A DNA stretch of 64,000 nucleotides from Candidatus Allofournierella excrementavium (GTDB lineage Bacteria > Bacillota > Clostridia > Oscillospirales > Ruminococcaceae), in assembly GCA_019120375.1 (NCBI GenBank), contig DWVE01000028.1:9209-73208 (forward strand). Reading direction: 5' to 3'. A program made the position numbers and the translations under genes. This document shows, piece after piece, positions 17,320 to 28,105 of this stretch (its first letter is position 1; every line of letters starts with the position of its first letter). The notes beneath the pieces were generated by a model, which was not told where the DNA came from, made no database searches, and saw only the letters and a list, made by a program, of their open reading frames with translations.

Positions 17320-18377
17320 AGTTCAAAAACCTCCTCTTTGCCGATCAGCGCGTAATAGGTCTGCTGGCCCAGCGAGAGCATCTCCCGCTCGCCGGGATAC
17401 ACATACACGGGCGCGATGAAGCCCACCCGCTTCTTCAGCTGGTCCACGATGTAATCGTTGTGCACGATGCCGCCGGTGAGCAGCACCGCGTCCACCTTGC
17501 CGTCCAGCACGGTGGCCATGGCGCCGATGGACTTGGCGGTCTGATACACCATGGCGTCGATGACTTCCATGCACTGCTTATCGCCCGCAAGGCCCTTGTT
17601 GTAGACCGAGAGCACGTCGTTGTCGTTCACATAGGCCATCATGCCGCCCAGGCCGTTGAGCTTGCGGTGCATCTGCTCGCGGGTGTACTCGCCGGAGTAG
17701 CAGGCGTCCACCAGAGCGCCCACCGGCAGCGCGCCGGTGCGGTTGGTGGAGAAGGCGCCGTCGCCCTCCAGGCCGTTGTCGCCGTCGATGAGCTTGCCGT
17801 TCTTGTGGGCCGCCACCGAGGTGCCGCCGCCCAGATGGGCCACCACCAGACTGACCTTGCCGTAGTCCAGGCCGTGGTCCTTGCAGAAGGCCCGGCCGCA
17901 GGCCTTGTGGTTCAGCACATGGAACCGGCTCTGGCGGGGCATCTCCGGCAGGCCGGAGTAGCGGGCCAGCGGCTCGAACTCGTCGGTGCAGGGGCTGTCC
18001 ACGATGTAGGCGCTGTGCTCATCCTTCGCCAGGTCGTAGGCGATGCGCATGCCCAGGTCGGACACATGATTGCCGTACTTCATGCTGCGGGATTCCTCCA
18101 GCATCTTCTGATTGATGCGCCACACGCCGCCGTGGATGGGTTCGGTGTGGCCGCCCCGGCTGACAAAGGCGTCCAGTTTTGCGATGTCCACGCCTTTGCT
18201 TTCAAAAAATTCCACGATGCGCTTTTTGCGGTAATCGTACTGGTCCCAGTTGGTGGCGAACTGTTTGATCTCCTCCGCCGGGTGGGAAATGGAATCGGAA
18301 AAAACGCACACGTCGTCCTCAAAATAGGCAACCTTGGTGGACGTGGAACCAAGATTGATGACCCCGAGCTTCTTCAC
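17316..18377 (-). CDS. buk: butyrate kinase
   Basis: 353 aa. INLGSTSTK N-terminus, ASKHA-fold motifs (VAHLGGGTSVAAH, LTGGIVHN). Confidence 0.9.
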   Translation of the reverse strand: MKKLGVINLGSTSTKVAYFEDDVCVFSDSISHPAEEIKQFATNWDQYDYRKKRIVEFFESKGVDIAKLDAFVSRGGHTEPIHGGVWRINQKMLEESRSMKYGNHVSDLGMRIAYDLAKDEHSAYIVDSPCTDEFEPLARYSGLPEMPRQSRFHVLNHKACGRAFCKDHGLDYGKVSLVVAHLGGGTSVAAHKNGKLIDGDNGLEGDGAFSTNRTGALPVGALVDACYSGEYTREQMHRKLNGLGGMMAYVNDNDVLSVYNKGLAGDKQCMEVIDAMVYQTAKSIGAMATVLDGKVDAVLLTGGIVHNDYIVDQLKKRVGFIAPVYVYPGEREMLSLGQQTYYALIGKEEVFEL

Positions 18378-18491
18378 GGTGTCCCCTCCTGTTTCATTTT
18401 GCGAAACTCATGTTTCATTATCCGAACTTATTATAGCACTCGACCCACAAAATTCAACAGTTTTTTTCAAAAACGAGGAATTTGTTAATCT

Positions 18492-18523
18492 TTGCACAAT
18501 TTCGCGGTTTTCCGTTTGTGCAA
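18492..18523. promoter_or_regulatory. inverted repeat TTGCACAA-N16-TTGTGCAA in the buk/iclR divergent region (candidate operator)
   Basis: Perfect 8-bp arms at 18492-18499 and 18516-18523. An extended -10 (TGTTATAAT, 18581-18589) lies downstream, facing the IclR gene. Confidence 0.4.
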
Positions 18524-18621
18524 TCTGTTCACGAATCTGGCCCTTTGAGCTCAAAACGATATTTTCATTGGGCGAAAGTATGTTATAATGAAGTACGACC
18601 AAGAAATGTGAAGGTGTGCAT

Positions 18622-19392
18622 ATGCAGAAAAACGGCGAGCAGGCGCAGTACCTGCTGCAATCGGTGGACAACGCCCTGTGCGTTCTGAACCTTTTCGACA
18701 ACACGGACAAGCTCTCGCTGACCGAGATCGCCGCCCAGATGGGCATGGGCAAGACCACCGCCCTGCGGCTGGTGTACACCCTGGAGATGCGGGGCTTTTT
18801 GTGCCGCGGCGAGGACAACAAGTATTCTTTGGGCATGCGGCTGTTCACCCTGGGCAACCGGGTGTATGAGCAGAAGGCCTATCTGCCGGTGGTCAAGCCC
18901 CTGCTGGACCAGCTGACCGAAACGGTGAACGAGAGCGCCCATCTGGTCACCTGGGAGAACCGCTCCCGGGTCATTTTGCTGTACGAGGCGCTGCCCCACC
19001 TCTCGCTGCGGGCAGAGATGGACCGCTCCATCAGCAGCCGCCCCCCTCACCTGACCAGCACGGGGCTTGCGCTGCTCTCCACCTTAAGCGACGAGCAGAT
19101 CGCCGCCTATGCCGACTCGGCCATTTTTGAAAAGCGCACCGCGTACTCCATCTCCACCCGGGAGCAGCTGGAAGAGGACGTGCGCTTTGTGCGCAGCCAC
19201 GGCTATGCCATCAACAACCAGCGGTTCGAGCAGGGCATGATCTCCATCGCGGTGCCGGTGCAGCGCACGAAGGGCGCGCCCGCCGATTTTGCCATCAGCA
19301 TCTCCGGGCCCAGCACCCGCATCGCGGACCGGCAGGACACCATCGTGCAGGAACTGTTCAAGACCGCCGGGCGCATCAGCGAGCTGCTGTGA
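18622..19392 (+). CDS. IclR family transcriptional regulator
   Basis: 256 aa from the ATG at 18622 (GAAGGTG RBS; the track ORF opens at GTG 18616). N-terminal wHTH (SVDNALCVLNLF...LSLTEIAAQMGMGKTTALRLVYTLE) and an IclR effector domain. Confidence 0.88.
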   Translation: MQKNGEQAQYLLQSVDNALCVLNLFDNTDKLSLTEIAAQMGMGKTTALRLVYTLEMRGFLCRGEDNKYSLGMRLFTLGNRVYEQKAYLPVVKPLLDQLTETVNESAHLVTWENRSRVILLYEALPHLSLRAEMDRSISSRPPHLTSTGLALLSTLSDEQIAAYADSAIFEKRTAYSISTREQLEEDVRFVRSHGYAINNQRFEQGMISIAVPVQRTKGAPADFAISISGPSTRIADRQDTIVQELFKTAGRISELL

Positions 19393-19412
19393 ATCTGTTT
19401 TTCAGAAAAAAG

Positions 19413-19453
19413 GCCGCCGCGCGCTTTGCCAAAAAGCGTGCGGCGGCTTTTCT
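19413..19453 (+). terminator. intrinsic terminator after the IclR gene
   Basis: Stem GCCGCCGCGCGCTTT / AAAGCGTGCGGCGGC, then TTTTCT. Confidence 0.7.
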
Positions 19454-19560
19454 GCACCGGGTGCAACCATTGGTTGCGCGATTTCCAAGGCGGCTTGGTG
19501 GACTTGCGGCGGCCGGGCGGTTATACTTTTACCATAGGAAACAAGAAGGGGGACCATCCC

Positions 19561-20415
19561 ATGAGCCTTGGGGAGAACATCGCCCGGCTGCGGGCGCGGA
19601 AAAACTGGTCGCAGGAGGAACTGGCCCGGGCGCTGGACGTATCCCGCCAGTCAGTCTCCAAGTGGGAGACCGACGCCTCGGTGCCGGACCTGGACAAGCT
19701 GGTGAAGCTGGGCGAGGTGTTCGGCGTTTCACTGGACGAACTGGTGCAGGGGCGGGCCGCCGGCGGCGCGCCGCCCTGCCCTGCCCCGCTGCCCGCCGCG
19801 CCCGCCCTCGCGCCCGCGCAGAAAGCGGGCGTGAGCACCGGGCAGAAGATCGTGGCGCTGGTGCTGCTTTTGTTCGGGCTGATGGTGCTGTTTGTTTTTC
19901 TGCTGTTGGGCGGCGGCATGTTCAGCTTTTTGTTCGCCGCGCCCTTCTGGCTGTGCGCGGGCGTCTGCGCCGTGTGCCGCAAAAACGCGGGGCTCTGGTG
20001 CGGCTGGGCGGTGTATTTCTGCGCCGCGCTTTATATGCGGCTGGCCACCGGCATCTCCTGGAGCCTTGTTCTGCTGACCCGCATCTACGAACCCAGCTGG
20101 AACTACGCCCGCCTCGCCGCGGCCTGGGTGGAGCTGGCGGTCATCCTTGTGCTGCTGGCCGTCACGGTGCTGCGCTTTCGCCGCCTGCCGCTGGCCACGG
20201 GGCGGGACGCCCTCATCGCGCTGGCCGCCGGGTGGCTGGGCTTTTGGCTGGTGCGGGCCGTGGGTGAGTATATCTTTGACACCTTTTTCCGATTCACCGC
20301 GGTCGTTGGCCCTCTGGGGCTTTTATACAACCTGTTCGACTTTGCCCAGCTGGCGGCGCTGGCGGCATTGCTCTGCTTCTCCGCGCGGTACATCCACAGC
20401 CTGCGGCACAAATAA
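19561..20415 (+). CDS. XRE-family HTH protein with multi-TM C-terminal domain
   Basis: Start trimmed to MSLGENIARLRARKNWSQEELA (ATG 19561; GGGGGA RBS). 284 aa. HTH_3 motif SRQSVSKWE, a Pro/Ala linker, then 5-6 hydrophobic helices. Confidence 0.8.
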   Translation: MSLGENIARLRARKNWSQEELARALDVSRQSVSKWETDASVPDLDKLVKLGEVFGVSLDELVQGRAAGGAPPCPAPLPAAPALAPAQKAGVSTGQKIVALVLLLFGLMVLFVFLLLGGGMFSFLFAAPFWLCAGVCAVCRKNAGLWCGWAVYFCAALYMRLATGISWSLVLLTRIYEPSWNYARLAAAWVELAVILVLLAVTVLRFRRLPLATGRDALIALAAGWLGFWLVRAVGEYIFDTFFRFTAVVGPLGLLYNLFDFAQLAALAALLCFSARYIHSLRHK

Positions 20416-20429
20416 CGCTTTGAACAAAA

Positions 20430-20477
20430 AGAGCCGCCGGGTCTCTCCTTTCGGGAGGGGCCCGGCGGCTCTTTTTT
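20430..20477. terminator. bidirectional terminator
   Basis: Stem AGAGCCGCCGGG...CCCGGCGGCTCT flanked by A5 and T6, between convergent genes. Confidence 0.8.
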
Positions 20478-20484
20478 GATGTTT

Positions 20485-21342
20485 TCAGGCGCAGCGCCCG
20501 GCAGGATGCCCGGTGCAGACCACTTCGCCTTTGGCGGCGGGGTCGTCCCGGATGACTTCGCCCACGGCGGGGGCCTCGATGCGGCCCGCCTTGGGGTTCT
20601 TGACGCTGTCGATGGGGGTGGTGACGGTGGCCTGCACCTCGCTCTTTTCAAAGGCCAGGTCGGTGTGCTCCATGCGGCAGTTCACCAGCTTCAGGCCCTT
20701 GCAGTAGCACAGGGGCTGGGTGCCCCGGATAACGCAGTTTTCAAAGGTGAGGTTCTGGCTGTACCAGCCCAGGTACTCCCCTTCCACCACGCTGTTTTTC
20801 ACCACCACGTTGCGGGCGTGCCAGAAGGCGTCCTTGGTGGTCAGACGGCAGTTTTCCAGCACCGCGTCGCGCACATACTGAAAGGAGTATTTCCCGGTGA
20901 AGGTCACATTCCGAAAGCGCAGGCCCGAGGCGCGCATCATGAAATACTCGCTCTCGGCGGTGCAGTTCTCCATGGTCACCTTTTTGGAGGACCAGCCGAA
21001 CTCCGGCGAGCGGATGCCGCACCCTTTCAATTCCACGTCTGCGCACTCCCGCAGGGCCTTGATGCCGTGGAGGCGGGTGTCCTCCAGGCGGATGCGCCGG
21101 GAATACCACAGGGCGGCCCGGCAGTTCTCGGTGAGCTCGCATCCCTTCACTTCAAGGCCCCGGTCGTGCCAGAAGGGATAGCGCAGATCAAAAAAGCAGT
21201 TTTCGGCGGCGATGCCGGCGCACTCCTTGAAGGCGCTTTCGCCGTCGGCGGGGCCGTCAAAGCGGCAGTTCACCGTTTTCAAATTGCGCACACCGTAGAG
21301 CGCGCGCTCCTGGTCAAAAGTCTGATTCTCAATGATCTTCAT
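20485..21342 (-). CDS. DUF3737-like right-handed beta-helix protein
   Basis: 285 aa. Repeating about 22-residue units (NC.F...., VELKGC, LENCRL, FENCVI, LVNCRM). Family name is from memory. Confidence 0.65.
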   Translation of the reverse strand: MKIIENQTFDQERALYGVRNLKTVNCRFDGPADGESAFKECAGIAAENCFFDLRYPFWHDRGLEVKGCELTENCRAALWYSRRIRLEDTRLHGIKALRECADVELKGCGIRSPEFGWSSKKVTMENCTAESEYFMMRASGLRFRNVTFTGKYSFQYVRDAVLENCRLTTKDAFWHARNVVVKNSVVEGEYLGWYSQNLTFENCVIRGTQPLCYCKGLKLVNCRMEHTDLAFEKSEVQATVTTPIDSVKNPKAGRIEAPAVGEVIRDDPAAKGEVVCTGHPAGRCA

Positions 21343-21557
21343 GCCTGTCTCTCCGTTTTCACTGAACGCGGCGTTTCCCGGCCGCCCTTTTCTTCACCCT
21401 CAGTATACGCCCCGCGCCCAAAAAGCACAAATGCTTATATTTTATGGTCTGTCATAGCTTTGAGGCATAGGACGGGCAGACTATGCTCAAAAGGCAAAAA
21501 GCGGCGGAGCGCGCGTTTTGCCGCGTGCCCCGCCGAAGGGAGGATATGGGTTTTGGG

Positions 21558-23396
<1,839 letters not shown>

Positions 23397-23532
23397 TGGT
23401 CATCGCCTCCTGTTATACTCCGTTTCCCACGAAAACCGCCTTTCCCAACGCGGTTTTTCGCCTCTTTTCCATTTCATGCAGTGTGGGCCATTCCCGTGAG
23501 GAAAAGCCTTTTGTGCAAAAAGCACGGATATA

Positions 23533-23560
23533 AGTATAACAGATTTCTGTCCAATTGCAA
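23533..23560 (-). promoter_or_regulatory. promoter TTGCAA-N16-(TGT)TATACT for glmS
   Basis: -35 is the complement of 23555-23560. The extended -10 is the complement of 23533-23541. It leaves a structured 5' UTR of about 128 nt. Confidence 0.5.
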
Positions 23561-23632
23561 TCCCGCTTTTGGCCCGGGGCGCGCCCCACAGCCCGCAAAA
23601 CGCCTGACAGCGCCGCTGCGCGGGGAAAAATT

Positions 23633-24838
23633 TTATTTTTCCTGGGGGCCCTGGAGCAGTTTTTTGTAGGTGAGGTCCATGCCCAAAGCGCCCAGCGGCG
23701 CGGTGAGCAGGATGGCCACCACCGCCACCGACAGCACCATCTGCCCGCAGGCAAGGCCCGCCGCCAGCGGCACCGAGCCGATGGCCGCCTGCACGGTGGC
23801 CTTGGGCAGATAGGCGATGACGCAGAACAGCCGCTCTTTGCGGGAGAGGGCGGTGCCCGCAAGGCAGAGGGTGACGCCCACCGCCCGGAACACCAGCGCC
23901 AGGGCGATCATGGCCACCACCCCAAGACCCGCGCCCAGGGTGTAGCGCACGTCCACCGCCGCGCCCACCAGCACGAAGAGGATGATCTCCGCCGCCAGCC
24001 ACAGCTTGCCGAACTTTTGACTCAGGCGCATGGAAACGCCCGGCGCGCAGCGCAGCTTGAGCACACAGGCCATGCTGACCACCGCCAGCAGGCCGGAGAG
24101 GGGCAGCGTGCCCTCCAGCCAGTCCTCGGCGGCCATCAGCAGGAAGGACATGCCCAGCACCACGATCACCTTCATGCTGTTGCGCACCATGTGGGCGTGG
24201 GCATAGGCGGTCTCAAAGAAAGCGCTGAGGGCCCAGCCCACCGCCGCGCCCAAAGCCACGCCGCTGACGATGGACACCGGGATGGAGGCAAAGGCCGCCA
24301 AATCCGCCCCCTGGCCCTGGGCCATGCCCAGGAAGGTGGAAAAGAGCACGATGACAAAGATGTCGTCGCAGGAGGCCCCGGCCATCACCATCTGGGGGAT
24401 GCCCTGCTTTGTGCCCCAGCCCTCTTCCATCAGGCGCACCATGCGGGGCACCACCACGGCGGGCGACACCGCCGCCATCACCGCGCCCATCACCGCCGCC
24501 TCGGTGCGGGTGAGGCCCAGCAGCACCGGGGCCAGCAGCACATAGCCGACGATCTCGAAGCTGGCGGGCACAAAGCTCATCAGCACCGCCGGGCGGCCCA
24601 CCTTTTTCAGGTCCGCCAGATTCAGCGAAAGGCCCGCCTTGAGCAGGATGATGATGAGGGCCATCTGCCGCAGGTCGGCGCTGATGGAGAGGATGGAATC
24701 ATCCAGCACATTCAGCACCGAGGGCCCCAGCACAACGCCCACCGCCAGCATGCCGATGATGCGGGGCAGGTGCAGCTGCTGGCAGAGGGCCGCCGCCGCG
24801 AGGCCCGCCAGAAACACGAACGCAAGACTTGTTAACAT
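23633..24838 (-). CDS. cation:proton antiporter (CPA1/Na+/H+ exchanger family)
   Basis: Start trimmed to MLTSLAFVFLAG (AGGAGG RBS). 401 aa, about 12 TM segments. Motifs LPRIIGMLAVGVVLGP and AGASCDD. Confidence 0.85.
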   Translation of the reverse strand: MLTSLAFVFLAGLAAAALCQQLHLPRIIGMLAVGVVLGPSVLNVLDDSILSISADLRQMALIIILLKAGLSLNLADLKKVGRPAVLMSFVPASFEIVGYVLLAPVLLGLTRTEAAVMGAVMAAVSPAVVVPRMVRLMEEGWGTKQGIPQMVMAGASCDDIFVIVLFSTFLGMAQGQGADLAAFASIPVSIVSGVALGAAVGWALSAFFETAYAHAHMVRNSMKVIVVLGMSFLLMAAEDWLEGTLPLSGLLAVVSMACVLKLRCAPGVSMRLSQKFGKLWLAAEIILFVLVGAAVDVRYTLGAGLGVVAMIALALVFRAVGVTLCLAGTALSRKERLFCVIAYLPKATVQAAIGSVPLAAGLACGQMVLSVAVVAILLTAPLGALGMDLTYKKLLQGPQEK

Positions 24839-24963
24839 CACAGTTCCTCCTTTGGGACGCAAAAAAAGCCGACAGCTTCCGCGACCCTTTCGATCACAGA
24901 AGTCATCAGCTTTTGAAAAAACGGTTTAGGTTTCCCAAGAGAGAACTTCATTCCCTGCCGTGC

Positions 24964-24992
24964 ATTATACCCCATGGCGGGCGGTTTGTAAA
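24964..24992 (-). promoter_or_regulatory. promoter TTTACA-N17-TATAAT for the antiporter gene
   Basis: -35 is the complement of 24987-24992 and -10 the complement of 24964-24969. It gives a leader of about 119 nt that ends in a U7 tract (complement of 24861-24867). Confidence 0.55.
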
Positions 24993-25108
24993 GGCCTTTT
25001 TTCCGGCGGCAAATGCCACAAAAAAGCCCCGCGCCGCTTATGCAAAGGGGAGAAACCGCCCTTTGCCCATTGTGCGATGCCGCCGCGGGGTGTAAGATAG
25101 CCTTGTCG

Positions 25109-25135
25109 GAAACCTGTTTTTGATTTTGGGTTTCC
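25109..25135. promoter_or_regulatory. inverted repeat GGAAACC-N13-GGTTTCC upstream of the TetR gene (candidate operator)
   Basis: Perfect 7-bp arms at 25109-25115 and 25129-25135, between a TAAGAT -10-like hexamer (25094-25099) and the AGGAGG RBS. Confidence 0.4.
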
Positions 25136-25151
25136 TCAAAAGGAGGCCATT

Positions 25152-25730
25152 ATGGACGATCCACGGAAACGGTGCATCCAGGAGACCATCGCCCTGTGCA
25201 GCAGCCAGGGGCTGGATTTCACCATGAGCGAGCTGGCGGCGCGGCTGGGCATGAGCAAAAAGACGCTGTATGTTCTGTTTGAAAGCAAGGAGGCGCTGCT
25301 GCTGGCGACGGTGGACTCCATGTTCGATGAGGTGAAGGTGAGCGAGGCGCAAATTCTGGCCCGGCAGGACCTGAGCCTTGCGGAAAAGATACGCCGGCTG
25401 GTGGTGGTGCTGCCCGATTCCTACCAGACGCTGGACTGGACCCGCCTGCAGGGCGTGGAGGAAAAGTACCCTGTGGTGTACCGCCGCATCCGCCAGCGGC
25501 TGGAGACCGGCTGGGAGCCCACGCTGGATCTTTTGCGCCAGGGCGTGGAGCAGGGGGTGCTGCGCCCCTTTGAGCCGGGGCTGTTCCGCGCGGTGGTGGA
25601 GGGCGCCATCGAGCACTTTCTTTCCAGCAACGCGCTGGAACGGGAGGGCCTTGGCTATGTGCAGGCCATGGACGGCATGATGGACCTTTTGATGGAAGGA
25701 ATTCTGACCCGGCAGGAGGACAAAGCATGA
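25152..25730 (+). CDS. TetR family transcriptional regulator
   Basis: 192 aa. HTH (FTMSELAARLGMSKKTLYVLFESKEALL). Its stop overlaps the GH2 start (ATGA). Confidence 0.88.
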   Translation: MDDPRKRCIQETIALCSSQGLDFTMSELAARLGMSKKTLYVLFESKEALLLATVDSMFDEVKVSEAQILARQDLSLAEKIRRLVVVLPDSYQTLDWTRLQGVEEKYPVVYRRIRQRLETGWEPTLDLLRQGVEQGVLRPFEPGLFRAVVEGAIEHFLSSNALEREGLGYVQAMDGMMDLLMEGILTRQEDKA

Positions 25731-28105
25731 AACGCATCCCTTGGAACAACGGCTGGTATTTCACGCCCCATTATGAACCTGCGCTGACCGCGCTGAACGC
25801 CCCGCAGGAAAACCTTGAAGGGGTGCGCCTGCCCCACACGGTGGCGATGCTGCCCTTCAACGAGTTCAGCGAGCAGGCCTATCAGATGGTGAGCGGCTAT
25901 CTGCGCTTTTTCACCCCGTCAGAAAGCTGGCGGGGCAAACGGGTGCGGGTGACCTTTGAGGGCGCGGCCCACTTTGCCAGGGTGTACCTCAACGGGGCGC
26001 TGCTGGCGCAGCACGGCTGCGGCTACACCGCTTTCACCGTGGACCTGACCGACCGGCTGCGCTGGGGCGAAACCAACAATCTGACGGTGGAGCTGGACAG
26101 CCGGGAAACGCTGGACGTGCCCCCCTTCGGCAATGTCATTGACTACCTGACCTATGGCGGGCTCTACCGGGAAGTTTTTCTGGAGGTGGGCGGCCCCGCC
26201 TTCATCAATGACCTCTGCGTGCAGGCGGACATGGACGGCAGCGTGCGCTGCCTGCCCGACTGCGAAAACGCCGCCGGGCTCACCCTGCGCCTTGCGGTGT
26301 GCGATGATAGCGGCAAGGAGCTGGCCCGCTGGGAGGGCGATGCCGAAGCGGAGGAAGCGCTCTTGAAGGTGGAGCAGCCCGCTTTGTGGGACTGCGACCA
26401 CCCGAACCTTTACCATCTGAAGGCCGCGTTGCTGCAGCAGGGCGAGCCGGTGGATGAGCGGACGGTGCGCTTCGGCTTCCGCCGGGTGGAATTTCGGGCG
26501 GACGGGTTTTATCTCAACGGCAGGCGGGTGCAGCTGCGAGGGCTGGACCGGCACCAGAGCTGGCCCTACATGGGTTATGCCGTGCCCGCCCGGGCCCAGC
26601 GTCTGGACGCGGACATCCTGAAATATGAGCTGGGCTGCAACGCGGTGCGCACCAGCCACTATCCCCAGAGCCACCACTTCATCGACCGGTGCGACGAGAT
26701 AGGCCTGCTGGTGTTCACCGAAATTCCCGGCTGGCAGCACATCGGCGGCGGCGCATGGAAGGCCCAGGCCCTGGTGAACACCGAGGAGATGGTGCTGCAA
26801 TGGCGCAACCATCCCTCCATCTTCCTGTGGGGGGTGCGCATCAACGAGAGCGCGGACGACGACGAACTCTACCGCCGCACCAACGAGATCGCCCACCGGC
26901 TGGACCCCACCCGCCCCACCGGCGGAGTGCGCAATTTCGCTCACAGCCATCTGTTCGAGGATGTTTACACCTACAACGATTTCTCCCACCACGGGCCCAA
27001 CAAAGGCTGCGCGCCCCGTGATACCATCACCAAGACGAAGGACAAGGGCTATCTCATCAGCGAGTACAACGGCCACATGTTCCCCACCAAGGCCTGCGAC
27101 TGGGAGGGCAAGCGGCTGGAGCACGCTTTGCGCCACGCCCGGGTGGTGAGCGACGCCGCCAAGAGCGAAGGCATCGCCGGCACCTTCGGCTGGTGCATGT
27201 TCGACTACAACACCCACCGGGACTTCGGCAGCGGCGACCGCATCTGCTACCACGGGGTGATGGACATGTTCCGCAACCCCAAACTCGCCGCGGCTCTCTA
27301 CGCCAGCCAGCAGGAGCGTACTCCGGTGCTGGAAGTGAGCAGCAGCATGGACATCGGCGAGCACCCCGCCGGGGCGGTGGGCACGGTGGCGGTGTTCACC
27401 AACGCCGACCGGGTGGACGTGTACCGCAACGACCTGCCGGCGGGCAGCTTTTCTCCCGCGGCGGAGTACGATGGCCTCGCCCACCCGCCGGTGCTCATCG
27501 ACGACACGGTGAGCGCCCTTTTGCAGAGCCAGGAGGGCATGAGCCGCCGCACCGCCAACCTGGTGCGGGACGTGCTGCTGGCAGTGGCCAGCTGCGGCTC
27601 CGACCTGCCCCTTTCTGTGCTGGCCAAAGCGGCGTACCTGATGGTGTTCAAGGGCTTCACCCGGGAAGAGGGCGTCCGCCTTTATAACAATTATGTGGCC
27701 GGCTGGGGCGGCCAGGTGGTGCGCTGGCGCTTCGACGCCGTGAAGGACGGCAGAGTGGCGGCCAGCGTGGTGCGCTGCCCCGGCGAAACGCTGGCGCTGG
27801 AAGTGAAGGTGGACACCGACACGCTTGCCGACGGCCCCTGCTGGGACATGGCCACTGTGCGCATCCGGGCGGTGGACGAGTTCGGCACGGTGCGCACTTA
27901 CTGCAGCCGCAGCCTGAGCCTGCGGGCCGAGGGCGCGGTGGAACTGGTGGGCCCGGCAGCAGTGCCCCTTTGCGGCGGCATGGCCGGGTGCTATCTGCGC
28001 ACAAAGGGCGAGGCCGGCGAAGGCAGACTGACCGTTGAAATGGAAGGCGCGGAGCCTGTGGCCCTCACCTTCCGCGTGACGAAACAGGAGGAGGAACAGA
28101 AATGA
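25727..28105 (+). CDS. glycoside hydrolase family 2 (beta-galactosidase-like)
   Basis: 792 aa. Sugar-binding N-domain (GAAHFARVYLNGALL), TIM barrel with VRTSHYP, acid/base WGVRINES and nucleophile ISEYNG. Confidence 0.88.
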   Translation: MKRIPWNNGWYFTPHYEPALTALNAPQENLEGVRLPHTVAMLPFNEFSEQAYQMVSGYLRFFTPSESWRGKRVRVTFEGAAHFARVYLNGALLAQHGCGYTAFTVDLTDRLRWGETNNLTVELDSRETLDVPPFGNVIDYLTYGGLYREVFLEVGGPAFINDLCVQADMDGSVRCLPDCENAAGLTLRLAVCDDSGKELARWEGDAEAEEALLKVEQPALWDCDHPNLYHLKAALLQQGEPVDERTVRFGFRRVEFRADGFYLNGRRVQLRGLDRHQSWPYMGYAVPARAQRLDADILKYELGCNAVRTSHYPQSHHFIDRCDEIGLLVFTEIPGWQHIGGGAWKAQALVNTEEMVLQWRNHPSIFLWGVRINESADDDELYRRTNEIAHRLDPTRPTGGVRNFAHSHLFEDVYTYNDFSHHGPNKGCAPRDTITKTKDKGYLISEYNGHMFPTKACDWEGKRLEHALRHARVVSDAAKSEGIAGTFGWCMFDYNTHRDFGSGDRICYHGVMDMFRNPKLAAALYASQQERTPVLEVSSSMDIGEHPAGAVGTVAVFTNADRVDVYRNDLPAGSFSPAAEYDGLAHPPVLIDDTVSALLQSQEGMSRRTANLVRDVLLAVASCGSDLPLSVLAKAAYLMVFKGFTREEGVRLYNNYVAGWGGQVVRWRFDAVKDGRVAASVVRCPGETLALEVKVDTDTLADGPCWDMATVRIRAVDEFGTVRTYCSRSLSLRAEGAVELVGPAAVPLCGGMAGCYLRTKGEAGEGRLTVEMEGAEPVALTFRVTKQEEEQK

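Noticed and set aside
12565-17355. 1596-aa plus-strand ORF, the longest in the track
   Set aside because: It runs antisense to six well-supported minus-strand genes (ubiX, ubiD, MBL, acyltransferase, ptb, buk). Its translation is low-complexity (Gly/Ala/His/Val/Asp/Arg runs) with no motifs. This is the typical stop-poor antisense frame of GC-rich coding DNA.
23397-23532. Expected glmS ribozyme in the 5' UTR of glmS
   Set aside because: The leader of about 128 nt is structured (for example AAAACCGC...GCGGTTTT). However, I cannot find the conserved ribozyme core elements I remember (AGCGCC cleavage-site region, GACGAGG, CGGCGGAUGCC). I therefore do not call it. A covariance-model scan (Rfam glmS) would be decisive.
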